A DNA stretch of 64,000 bases, from positions 31,796 through 95,795 of the forward strand of contig CAIRTR010000232.1 of NCBI GenBank assembly GCA_903881565.1, given 5' to 3'. Positions 7,548 to 16,290 of the stretch are shown piece by piece. A program made the translations under genes and the position numbers. The notes under the pieces are model-generated. The model did not search any database. It saw only the letters and a program-made list of their open reading frames with translations, and was not told the DNA's origin. Every line of letters begins with the position of its first letter. The first letter of the stretch is position 1. This DNA comes from Oligoflexia bacterium. Its GTDB lineage: Bacteria > Bdellovibrionota > UBA1018.

Positions 7548-9713
7548 TTATGGCGCGCCCTCTTTCCATTCGACCGCAGGATCAACCCTTCCGTCACGAA
7601 TCTTGATTCCACGCTTCTTGAGTTGCTCTAGGAACTCACCACTCGGTGGAGTCTGTCGAAACTCAAAGAGTTCAACGTCATCCAGGGTCACGGGGCCCCA
7701 ATACTGAAGCTCAACATATCCCCAGGTTGGCAGCGAGCGAAAATTCGCAAGTGATGTGCCATGGAAACCAAAGGAGGGATCCATCTCTTGGTTTGCTATC
7801 CCCCACCGGTAGAGGTCGTCCGACTTAAGTTTATCTATTTTCCTATTCCACGCCTTTTGCCTTTTCTTATGTGCGAGGTAAGGTTCAGAAGCTAAATAGA
7901 GCTTTTGCTTTGCTTTATAAGCAGCCACAAGAGAATTCCATTCTTTCTGCTTCTCTTCGAATTTTAAGTTATATTGTGCTTGTTTTATTTTGTATTCTTT
8001 CCAAGAGTCAGTTTGTTCTAACGCAGTTTGAAGCGCCATTTTTGCATCTTCAATTTTCTTAACATCCGCGACATAATTCAAATACTCGGGAGAGGCGAGG
8101 TAGGCAGTGTGCCTTCGCACATAATCTTCAAGAGCTGCTTGCGATTGACGCTGGTACTCGAGACAGGGCTCACTTTTCAGGAATTCATTTTGTTGCTCCT
8201 TATTAAGAGCGTCTATTCTCGCCGCCTCCACTTCGTAATCTTTTCGCTCTTTACTGTTCTTGTAGTTCAAGAGCGCCACATCAAAGCTCTCTCCGGTTTT
8301 GAGTACGGGCATGAGAGGTTGTTTCGGAAGAGGTAAAGGCGCTGGAGGGGTGGGCACGAAAATCCCCCCATTTACGGGTTCCGGAGGCTTTTTTGCGGGC
8401 GGCGGTAAACGACTCAAATCTATTGTAGGCTCAGTAAAATCCTTAACCAAATGAAAATAGGCAGGATAGGGTGGTGCAGGTGGAGCGATCGGCTCCTTAG
8501 GGACTTTCCCTGACAATCGAATGCGCTTTGTTCCAACCTCGAATCCCTCACGCGATGACTCTAGCGACTCAAGAAGATCGGGTGCAATCAGCAGCCGATT
8601 TTTCCAAGGAATAAAGAAGCCTTTCCAATTTGTTGGTTTTGCACCGGGCGATTCAGCAGCATACCCCTGCACCCCAAATGAGTCGCAAGGTGTCCAAGTG
8701 AGGCGATCTGTGACTCGATCGTTTTTGAAAACATAAGTATCTGGTCCATAACCATTAGCGGCATTAGCTTGTTTGATCCGGTTGCTCGGTTTGGGTTTTA
8801 GATAACCATAGACGGGCTTAAACTGGTCATCGCTTGCAGCATATTCCACACTATTTTGACCCGTGAGTTTCGCTTCGACTTGGTTTCGATATTCAGGCGA
8901 GAACATGCCCCTGGAGCTCCCCGTAGTTCTCTGATTCTGAAATCCAACTTTAGGAACCCACCAGCGCGCTCCCTCTGGGCGGTTCATCGCGAGCTCCACC
9001 TTTTCATTGGCTAAATTATCAGCAAGCTTTCCAGCTTGCGGACTATATTCATGCAGGGCTTTCCTGAGCGCTTCTGAATCCGAGAATCCAGAATCTGAAA
9101 AGAAGGGAACAAATCTTTCTTCTTGTTTCTTTAGCAACTCTTTAGCCTGTACGAGTAACCGCGGGAGTCTGCCGGACTTCGGTGGCATAATCCCCTTGAT
9201 TCGTAACCCTGGCGGGAGTTCGTGATTAAGTTCGGAGAGCAGAAGTTGATATTCCTGTTTAAGCTCGTATTCAGAAGGCAGGTAAGTCTTATGAGCGCCC
9301 TTCTCTTTTGGCATCTTAGCGACTTTTTGGAGTGCTTCTAACTCTGGAAACTCACTCAATGACTTTTGGATCGCGCGAAACGTCGCCCGCCACTCTTTGA
9401 TTTTGCCCGCATCGATCGCTGTTTTTTTCGACTCCTGAAGTGCCGTGATGATTCGCTCCAGGCGATCAAAATCATCCCATTTAGGTGTTCGTTCCCCACG
9501 AACAAGCTCAGGCTCGATCTCCTGCAAGCGATCAAAAGCGGGCGGGAGCTCTTCTGCGAGCGCTCGAAGTCGCTCTCGCAAAACACCAGCGCCGCAACCA
9601 TTTGCGAAGCTCGGTTGCGAGCTCAAGACAAAGCAAGCGCAGAGGCTGGCGAGGAGCCCGGCGGTGGCGAGCTTTGTTCTAAAGAGTGTCTGCAGACGCA
9701 TACCTAGACTCAT
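7548..9713 (-). CDS. Large secreted hypothetical protein (721 aa) with a proline-rich segment
   Basis: N-terminal signal peptide MSLGMRLQTLFRTKLATAGLLASLCACFVLSS. It has a Pro-rich linker PPAPPYPAYF...PPPAKKPPEPV...PPAPLPLPKQP and no catalytic motif that I recognise. Confidence 0.7.
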   Translation of the reverse strand: MSLGMRLQTLFRTKLATAGLLASLCACFVLSSQPSFANGCGAGVLRERLRALAEELPPAFDRLQEIEPELVRGERTPKWDDFDRLERIITALQESKKTAIDAGKIKEWRATFRAIQKSLSEFPELEALQKVAKMPKEKGAHKTYLPSEYELKQEYQLLLSELNHELPPGLRIKGIMPPKSGRLPRLLVQAKELLKKQEERFVPFFSDSGFSDSEALRKALHEYSPQAGKLADNLANEKVELAMNRPEGARWWVPKVGFQNQRTTGSSRGMFSPEYRNQVEAKLTGQNSVEYAASDDQFKPVYGYLKPKPSNRIKQANAANGYGPDTYVFKNDRVTDRLTWTPCDSFGVQGYAAESPGAKPTNWKGFFIPWKNRLLIAPDLLESLESSREGFEVGTKRIRLSGKVPKEPIAPPAPPYPAYFHLVKDFTEPTIDLSRLPPPAKKPPEPVNGGIFVPTPPAPLPLPKQPLMPVLKTGESFDVALLNYKNSKERKDYEVEAARIDALNKEQQNEFLKSEPCLEYQRQSQAALEDYVRRHTAYLASPEYLNYVADVKKIEDAKMALQTALEQTDSWKEYKIKQAQYNLKFEEKQKEWNSLVAAYKAKQKLYLASEPYLAHKKRQKAWNRKIDKLKSDDLYRWGIANQEMDPSFGFHGTSLANFRSLPTWGYVELQYWGPVTLDDVELFEFRQTPPSGEFLEQLKKRGIKIRDGRVDPAVEWKEGAP

Positions 9714-9769
9714 CGGTTATTATGGGGAATTTTTGAATTTTTGTGCTGTACCCAAAGCACCCCTCACGG

Positions 9770-9901
9770 TCACCTGAAGTAGTAGTCGACTAGATTCACT
9801 AGAAAAAACAGAACCCTAGATACGACGCAGAGAGTCCAGGGTTTCTGTTTAAGTTTTTCTAGTTCAATCCGACAAGAACAACAGCACTTGTTGTTTCTCA
9901 T
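9770..9901 (-). CDS. Candidate small Cys-rich ORF (43 aa), MRNNKCCCSCRIELEKLKQKPWTLCVVSRVLFFLVNLVDYYFR, in the leader of the 7548-9713 gene
   Basis: The reverse strand has a strong SD GAAAGGAGGTGATCC 6 nt upstream of ATG (complement of 9899-9901) and a TGA stop (complement of 9770-9772). It is below the 60-aa cutoff of the ORF track and could instead be part of a structured RNA leader. Confidence 0.3.
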   Translation of the reverse strand: MRNNKCCCSCRIELEKLKQKPWTLCVVSRVLFFLVNLVDYYFR

Positions 9902-10096
9902 AGGATCACCTCCTTTCTTTATTGGTAAGTCTAGTGCGACTAGATTTACCGTTGGAAGGAGGTAGTTCCTTCTACTCCGCTTGGTTTGGCGAGCACGACT
10001 TGAGCAAAAATGATGCCGAATGCGTGGCCTGTATCGATACAGGCGAATCGACCATTAGGTTACTTTAGTGCCTCCTTCTGATATAAGTTTTCCGCA

Positions 10097-11155
10097 ATGC
10101 TTCTCCCGCGAAAGCTTTTTCGACCCAGCTTTTTTCTTCTACTCAGTGGGATTTTAATTTTCCTATCAATCACCCTGCTTCATTCGCCCCATTTTTCGGA
10201 GGCACCGCAATCACTTGCCTTAGCGATAACGCTCGATCTCACTGCTACACTAACTGGCCTATTTTACTTTCTCCTCATCCGCCCCTATCGCTTGCATCCT
10301 AGTACGATGGCGCCTGTCTTTGCTTTTGGCATCCTCTCTGCTCACTTACTCATCCCTAAAGAATTTGGCGACGGGATGAAATCAATTCAGGCGCTTGCCG
10401 CGTGCTTTGAATTCGGAATAACCGGATTTATCCTTTATAATTTGAAAAATGTGATCAAGGACCATCGCCAGCTGGTGGCCTCTGGCTTTGAATTCTCACA
10501 AGCCCTACGCAAAGCCCTCGCGAGATTTGTTCCCAACGCTTGGATTGCGAGTCTGATTTCAACTGAGGTCTCGCTTTTACGATATGGACTTTTCACCTGG
10601 TCGAAGACTCTTCCCGAAACTGACAGCAAAGAAGCGTTTTCCCACTGGAAAAACAGTGGATGGTCGGGTGTTCTGATCGGCTTCATTCTTATGATTGTCT
10701 TCGAAGGTGTTGCGTTTCATTTTCTACTGGCCCACTGGGGCACGTGGTTAATCGTGATCCATCACCTACTTTCCGCTTACTCCATCCTCTGGTTACTAGG
10801 TGATTATCAAGCGATTCGCCACCATCCGATCCAGATTACTGCGCCTGAAATTCGCGTTCAAATTGGGTTTCGTTGGTCGATCATAATTCCCACGAAGGCG
10901 ATCACTAAGATCGAATTGCGGGGTTCGCCAGAGGTCCTCACGGAGGTGCGCCGCGACGGCTTTATCAAAGTGCAGAAGGTGCCCGGTTACAAATCTTTTA
11001 CAGTCTTTGGCGAGCCTGAATTGCAAATCACGCTTCGGCACCCCGTGGTCGCCCACGGATTGTTCGGAGTATCCCAACAAGTTACCATGATAGGCTTAGC
11101 TCCGGACGATTGCAGGATTTTTAAGGAGCGAGTGGAAACCTTGGCTCAACTTTAA
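10097..11155 (+). CDS. Polytopic inner-membrane protein, hypothetical
   Basis: 352 aa with several hydrophobic helices (LLLSGILIFLSITLL, GLFYFLLI, VFAFGILSAHLLI, VLIGFILMIVFEGVAFHFLLA). There is no SD before the first ATG. Confidence 0.65.
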   Translation: MLLPRKLFRPSFFLLLSGILIFLSITLLHSPHFSEAPQSLALAITLDLTATLTGLFYFLLIRPYRLHPSTMAPVFAFGILSAHLLIPKEFGDGMKSIQALAACFEFGITGFILYNLKNVIKDHRQLVASGFEFSQALRKALARFVPNAWIASLISTEVSLLRYGLFTWSKTLPETDSKEAFSHWKNSGWSGVLIGFILMIVFEGVAFHFLLAHWGTWLIVIHHLLSAYSILWLLGDYQAIRHHPIQITAPEIRVQIGFRWSIIIPTKAITKIELRGSPEVLTEVRRDGFIKVQKVPGYKSFTVFGEPELQITLRHPVVAHGLFGVSQQVTMIGLAPDDCRIFKERVETLAQL

Positions 11156-11181
11156 TTCGTGCTGTTTCCCCAATCCGGAAA

Positions 11182-11216
11182 CTCGAGGCCTCAAGGGGTG
11201 GGGGTTGAGGCCCTCA
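11182..11216. terminator. GC-rich hairpin (GAGGCCTCAA-G-rich loop-TTGAGGCC) downstream of the membrane-protein gene; a repeated REP-like element with a second copy at 18356-18392
   Basis: Inverted repeat seen in sequence, followed by a T-containing tract, between convergent genes. Confidence 0.45.
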
Positions 11217-11392
11217 GCTTCCCTTTTGGGGAAGTTCGGACCCGCGCCGGAATCAAAACACGCAGAAACCTGCCACCCCCGAGAACTCGTCACGCTCCAG
11301 ACCCCACAAACAACTCGAGGGGAGCTTCTCTTCCGGAAAAGAGCCGCATCCCCTCGAATTTAAGAACTAGAATTTTCTAAGTCGAAAATCGC

Positions 11393-11740
11393 TTAGTAAC
11401 GACCGCGTCCACCGCCGCCGCCGAAGCCGCCGCGTCCACCGCCGCCGCCGAAGCCGCCACGTCCACCGCCGCCGCCGCCGCCTTCACGAGGAACCATAGG
11501 CTTCGCTTCGTTCACGGTCATAGCGCGACCGTCGAAGTCCTGGCCGTTAAATTTGTTGATCGCATTAGCAGCTTCAGCGTCGGTCGACATTTCGACGAAC
11601 CCGAAACCTTTGCTGCGGCCGCTGTCGCGGTCCATGATGATCTTTGCGGATTCAACCGTCCCGCATTGCGAGAAAGTATCCATCAAAGTTTGATCGTTTG
11701 CGGAGAATGGCAGATTGCCGACATATAACTTCTTACCCAT
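11393..11740 (-). CDS. RRM-type RNA-binding protein with C-terminal glycine-rich (RGG/GGF) tail
   Basis: MGKKLYVGNLPFSAND (RNP2) and KGFGFVEM (RNP1), followed by the tail GGGGGGGRGGFGGGGGRGGFGGGGGRGRY. Confidence 0.9.
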   Translation of the reverse strand: MGKKLYVGNLPFSANDQTLMDTFSQCGTVESAKIIMDRDSGRSKGFGFVEMSTDAEAANAINKFNGQDFDGRAMTVNEAKPMVPREGGGGGGGRGGFGGGGGRGGFGGGGGRGRY

Positions 11741-11859
11741 AAAACCTCCTAAGGCTGGGAGCCGCTAAAGAGGATATAGGCACTATGCCCGCAGACCCTT
11801 GTAGAAGCAAAATTGACTAACCCGTATTAACTAACACACTGCTATGTAAAAGGCTAGCA

Positions 11860-12756
11860 CTACTCGCGAGATATTACGGCTTTCAAAATATGGGCGGCAA
11901 TTTCGGGGTTTTCTTTGAGCCGGCGCATCGAATAGCCGTACCAATCCTCACCATAAGGCACGTAGACCCGAACCTTGTGCCCGTCCTTGACGAGTTCGTC
12001 GCGCTTGTTATCGCGGACCCCCAGGAGCATCTGGAATTCGTAACGATCTTTGGCAACGCTCCTTTTGGCAATCGTCTCCCTCGCAAAATCCAGCAACACG
12101 TCGTCATGGGTTGCAATCGCCGCGTGGAAGTCGTTATCGAACATATATGTCAAAAGTTTTTTGTAATTCGCCTGAACCTCTTCGCGACCCTTAAACGCAA
12201 TCGCGGCGTCCTCTCGATAAATCCCTTTGCACAATCGGACATCGGGTTTCAGCGCAAGGAGAGACTTCAAATCCTCTTCACTTCTTCGCATATACGCCTG
12301 AAGCACGATCCCCGTGTTCTCAAAACCTTCCGCACGCAACTTGCGATACTGATTCAGCGTGCGCGTGGTATAAGGCGAGTTTTCCATGTCAATTCGCACA
12401 AAACGATCTACGGCTTTTGCTTTTTCAACGAGCTTTTTGAGGTTCCCGTAACAATAATCGTCGTCGATATCCAAACCCTGTGAGGTAAGCTTGGTTGAAA
12501 TTCCTGAGCGCAAATTCTTTTTATGAATTGCCTCCAAATTATCCATCGCCGCTTGAGTGGCTTGCTCCGCCCGCTTGCGGTCGCTCACAAATTCCCCGAG
12601 CAGATCCATGGTCGCCCAAATATTTTTGGAGTTGAGGTCCTCAACGACCTTCAAGCCGTCTTCGAGCGTTTCGCCCGCGACGTACTTCTGCGCGAATGCG
12701 TGAACAAGGTTCTTCGGAATAAACGGCAACGCCTTGGAGATGAGTGATTTGAGCAT
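11860..12756 (-). CDS. Proline dehydrogenase (monofunctional PutA-like ProDH)
   Basis: 298 aa with conserved ProDH blocks LLGEFV, VRIDMENS, LQAYMRRS, CKGIY and EFQMLLGV. Confidence 0.8.
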   Translation of the reverse strand: MLKSLISKALPFIPKNLVHAFAQKYVAGETLEDGLKVVEDLNSKNIWATMDLLGEFVSDRKRAEQATQAAMDNLEAIHKKNLRSGISTKLTSQGLDIDDDYCYGNLKKLVEKAKAVDRFVRIDMENSPYTTRTLNQYRKLRAEGFENTGIVLQAYMRRSEEDLKSLLALKPDVRLCKGIYREDAAIAFKGREEVQANYKKLLTYMFDNDFHAAIATHDDVLLDFARETIAKRSVAKDRYEFQMLLGVRDNKRDELVKDGHKVRVYVPYGEDWYGYSMRRLKENPEIAAHILKAVISRE

Positions 12757-12948
12757 AGGGATGTTTTAGCGGATTGGGGGCGCGGTGGCAACCGGGTAGA
12801 CAGGTGGATAGACCTTGACCCCTAACCGCCTCTACTTAAGTTGTAAGTCTATGAAATTGCGCATAAAAATAGACAAAGGGTTGGCTCGGCGCTTGCTTCA
12901 CAAAGCCGCAACGAGTTCTTGGGTCGTCTATCAGAAAGAAGAGTGATT

Positions 12949-13797
12949 ATGAAACGAGTAATTTTGGTCATGGCAAGTAGTCTCATGTTTTTGGGTAACC
13001 TGGGTTACGCGCAGGACTCCCGAGACGAAAAATCACATCTCCTCTCCCTGGGCGGCGTCGCAGGCTCTGAGGGCTTTGGCGGCGAGCTCAAATATGAATA
13101 TAAGCAAAATGATTTTGGCGATTACGGTGTCGTCTTAGCAGCTGGAAATTCTGGAACGCACCCCATGGGGAGTGTTCGCTTTGATCAAACTAAACTTAAT
13201 GTAAAAAAAGGAGAGCTCTACTATCAGACCGTCGGCGAAGTGATGCGAATGACTCCTGAAGCCTATGAGTTTAACCTGGGCGCACTCGCAGGTGCCGCTG
13301 CTTTTAGTACAGGTAGCCGGGAGAGTTTGGACCAGCCCGCTGTTGGACACTACTCCATTGTTCCCCATTTGGGAGCTGTTTTCCCTATTGGATTAAAAGG
13401 GCAACATGACATGAGCCATCTCGCGGCCGGCGTCGGCATTGAAGTGCGGCAGCCACTCCTTAAGGGCCTTGATCTCGAAGTGGATGCCAAAGCTTTGCTC
13501 CTTCTTACCGGAGTAAACGCAGATCACACGGACACCTATAACGAAACAGACACGACAAATGAGCGCAATGTCAAAAACGTTACTCGCAAACAGCAAGACG
13601 GCGTTGGGTCGTTACTTTATGCCCGCGCCGCTTTAACTCAGAAACTGGGCGAAAGAGCATTTGTCAGTGCGGAGGCGATTGCGGACCGATACAATTCCTC
13701 CTTCACTTCGTTTGATGCAGCTGGCGCTCAGGATGGGCAAGGCACAGACAACCGCACGGGTTTTGTGGGCAAACTTTCAGCAGGATTTGCGTTCTAA
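12949..13797 (+). CDS. Putative outer-membrane beta-barrel protein, hypothetical
   Basis: Signal peptide MKRVILVMASSLMFLGNLGYAQD, alternating amphipathic strands and a C-terminal ...GKLSAGFAF ending in Phe. The ORF-track start at 12919 is probably upstream read-through. Confidence 0.6.
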   Translation: MKRVILVMASSLMFLGNLGYAQDSRDEKSHLLSLGGVAGSEGFGGELKYEYKQNDFGDYGVVLAAGNSGTHPMGSVRFDQTKLNVKKGELYYQTVGEVMRMTPEAYEFNLGALAGAAAFSTGSRESLDQPAVGHYSIVPHLGAVFPIGLKGQHDMSHLAAGVGIEVRQPLLKGLDLEVDAKALLLLTGVNADHTDTYNETDTTNERNVKNVTRKQQDGVGSLLYARAALTQKLGERAFVSAEAIADRYNSSFTSFDAAGAQDGQGTDNRTGFVGKLSAGFAF

Positions 13798-13819
13798 ACA
13801 TCAAATTCTAAGGTAATAA

Positions 13820-14002
13820 AATCAAAGGGCTCGCGATCAGGAAAGTATCGTTATTACTAAGCGAGGTAAACCCATCGCAGAAGTTATCCCGATTGCGGCC
13901 CCAAAAACGAAGCCGCAACCCGGCCTACTCGTCGACGCCCTTTTGTCAGAAGAAGATATCGTATCCCCGCTAGGTTCCCGCCTTTGGAAAGCTGCAGAAT
14001 GA
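13820..14002 (+). pseudogene. Truncated Phd/YefM-family antitoxin (C-terminal two-thirds only, no start codon)
   Basis: The frame reads ...QESIVITKRGKPIAEVIPIAAPKTKPQPGLLVDALLSEEDIVSPLGSRLWKAAE*, with a stop TGA overlapping the next ATG (ATGA). No in-frame Met exists upstream, and a stop lies 20 nt after the preceding gene. Confidence 0.5.
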
Positions 14003-14323
14003 AGTTTCTCCTCGATACCCATGTCTGGATCTGGTGGAACTCAAAGCCCAGCGCCCTTTCCGCTCGCGTTCTCAAACTCATTCAAGAGGCTCACTTTTGC
14101 TTGCGACGGCAGAGACTGGATTCAGGCTGCGCTCAACATCCCTTCGCTAAGAGTGGTTGAACTAACGCCTGAGATTTCCTGGCAATCGACCCAACTCCCA
14201 CAACCCTTTCATGATGATCCTGCTGATCAAATCATTGTCGCCACCGCGCGAGTGGAAAAGGCCGTGCTACTTACTGCGGACCCATTGATCCGTAAATATC
14301 CGCATGTCCGCTCAGATTGGTGA
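13999..14323 (+). pseudogene. Frameshifted/disrupted VapC-like PIN-domain toxin
   Basis: Frame 1 from 13999 gives the PIN N-terminus MKFLLDTHVWIWWNSKPSALSARVLKLIQEAH and then stops at about 14156. Frame 2 (ORF 14021-14323) carries the PIN C-terminus ...VVELTPEISWQSTQLPQPFHDDPADQIIVATARVEKAVLLTADPLIRKY. The middle segment is also shorter than in typical VapC. Confidence 0.55.
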
Positions 14324-14827
14324 CAGCTATCACGCATGAACCTTGTCACTCTTCTCCGCCGCCAAGGGCTGCCGCACAGGCCAGGTGATACTACCTGAAA
14401 AAATATAACCGAGGATTCAAAAGGAATTTATTGACGAAGGCTTTGGATTCCGCGTGATCCTTAGGAATGTCCCAATGGTGAAAGTTCGTGGAGTTTGGAC
14501 GCCCAAGCTTAACTATAAGCAGCTTGCAGAAACGGTTTTGAGTGCGCTGGCTTTTAATCCTTCCCGTTTGACTGGAGCCGAAGTCAAAGGGTCATCCAAC
14601 TGTCATGGGTTGGGCTACTGAAAAGGATATCAGGATGTTCATTCTTTCAAAGCTTAACGTAAAGGCAGTTTTGATTGCACAACTGTACACAGAGCTGGAA
14701 TCAGTCGCCTCCGAAAAACAGAAGCCTCTTGATTTGGATTTAGAGAAGTTGGCGGCTTAAGACCCTCATGCTGCGTCGTCAAGTTTCTTGGTGCGGTCTT
14801 TGGCGACGGCATCACCAGGTCGATACC

Positions 14828-15889
14828 CTATTTATGCTTTTTCTTGGTCTTAGAACCAACTTGGCCACCGGATTTTCGAGGCTTCAATTGTTTAAGGCGC
14901 GAAACGGCCGCTTCAAAGTCTTCTTCCACAAAACTTTTTTCATCGATTGCGACTGATCGATATTTTTCGAATTCTTGTTCAGCTTTTGCAAGAGCGAATT
15001 CATGACTAATCTTGCCGGTGTGAGAAAGGATTTCGCGATCACTTAATCGTAAGAACTCGTCAAGCCTGATAATCCAATCCTTCATGTACATCGGGCGACG
15101 CCCCTTCGCCTGAAGCTCCGCTAATTCGAGATAGGCACTGACAATACGATTGAGAGCATCCAGCTCCTCTTTTTCAAGGAAATTCTTCGCAACTGCAACA
15201 TCCGACTTCTTGGGCTTGTGACCTGTCCATGATGTGAGACCAATATTTGGCTTTGTTGCATCTACGCGCTTAACGATAACTTCCGCAGCGGTATTTCCAT
15301 GTGCTGCCCAATGCATTTTGTTTTGAAGGGTCGCAAAGAAACGTTGAGACAAGTCAGCACTTGGGTCGTAATCCACGCTTGTGGCGTAAATATCCAATAC
15401 CTTCCGCCAAAACATTTTTTCAGAAGATCTAATGTCTCGGATACGGGCTAGCAGTTCGTCAAAATAGTCAGCCCCAAGAGGTGACCCGCTTTTCAGGCGT
15501 TCATCATCGATGACAAAGCCTTTAACGAGAAGTTCCTTGAGTTGCGCAGATGCCCAGTTTCTGAACTGAGCCCCACGATTGGAGCGGACCCGGTAGCCAA
15601 CGGCTAGAATTGTATCAAGATTGTAATGATCTACTAGCCGTTCCACAGCCCTTGACGCCTCTTGTTGAACTATCCGGAATTTCCGGATAGTTGCCTCAGG
15701 ACTTAGTTCCTCTTCACGATAGATGTTTTGAATGTGCTCATTGATTGTTTTAACAGAGACTTGAAATAGATCTGCCATGAGTCGCTGAGTTAGCCATACC
15801 GTATGGTCTTCAAAGCGCACCTGGATTTTGGTTTGACCCTCATCGCTTTGAAATAATATGATTTCGCCGTGGAGTTTAACGGTTGTCAT
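14828..15889 (-). CDS. RhuM-family protein (virulence-associated, Fic/Doc-related)
   Basis: KIQVRFEDHTVWLTQRLMADLFQVSVKTINEHIQNIYREEEL...YNLDTILAVGYRVRSNRGAQFRNWAS matches the conserved RhuM N-terminal block. Confidence 0.75.
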   Translation of the reverse strand: MTTVKLHGEIILFQSDEGQTKIQVRFEDHTVWLTQRLMADLFQVSVKTINEHIQNIYREEELSPEATIRKFRIVQQEASRAVERLVDHYNLDTILAVGYRVRSNRGAQFRNWASAQLKELLVKGFVIDDERLKSGSPLGADYFDELLARIRDIRSSEKMFWRKVLDIYATSVDYDPSADLSQRFFATLQNKMHWAAHGNTAAEVIVKRVDATKPNIGLTSWTGHKPKKSDVAVAKNFLEKEELDALNRIVSAYLELAELQAKGRRPMYMKDWIIRLDEFLRLSDREILSHTGKISHEFALAKAEQEFEKYRSVAIDEKSFVEEDFEAAVSRLKQLKPRKSGGQVGSKTKKKHK

Positions 15890-16290
15890 GGTTTTCTCCG
15901 AATCCCCGCAAATAGAGTAGGAGTGACGATGGAGTTTGGGTTAAATGGGTTTGCGCTCTCAGCCATAATCTATTCTCTTTGTAATCCCAGAAGTTACACT
16001 ACTTATAGTTGGAGGTCAAAATCTTGTAGTTGGCTTATAGCTGGATCAAATGGCCCTGAGTCCACGGGCACAACAAGTTGGGGGCCAAATGAAAGGGGAA
16101 TGATTATGTGATTATGCCTCTCCTCCTGCCCCGCCATGTCTCCGCCGACACATGTTACCTTTCCCACAAAGTGATGCCTCTTGGACATCTCCTCACTCCT
16201 AGAGGCCCCAATTCAAATTTCAAATCGCCGTTTCCAAAGGCTATTTCCAGCGCAACTCACGGCACCCTTTTAGCAATATCCAACGTATCT

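Noticed and set aside
9903-9917. 15-nt match (GGATCACCTCCTTTC) to the universal 3-prime end of 16S rRNA
   Set aside because: Flanking sequence has no 16S similarity; upstream would be …AAGTCGTAACAAGG… in a real gene. On the opposite strand it is simply a Shine-Dalgarno sequence, so it is not an rRNA gene or fragment.
13837-14081. Two reverse-strand ORFs (13837-14022 and 13884-14081, 61 and 65 aa)
   Set aside because: They overlap the much better-supported plus-strand phd/vapC remnants and have no start context or recognisable motifs, so they are probably spurious.
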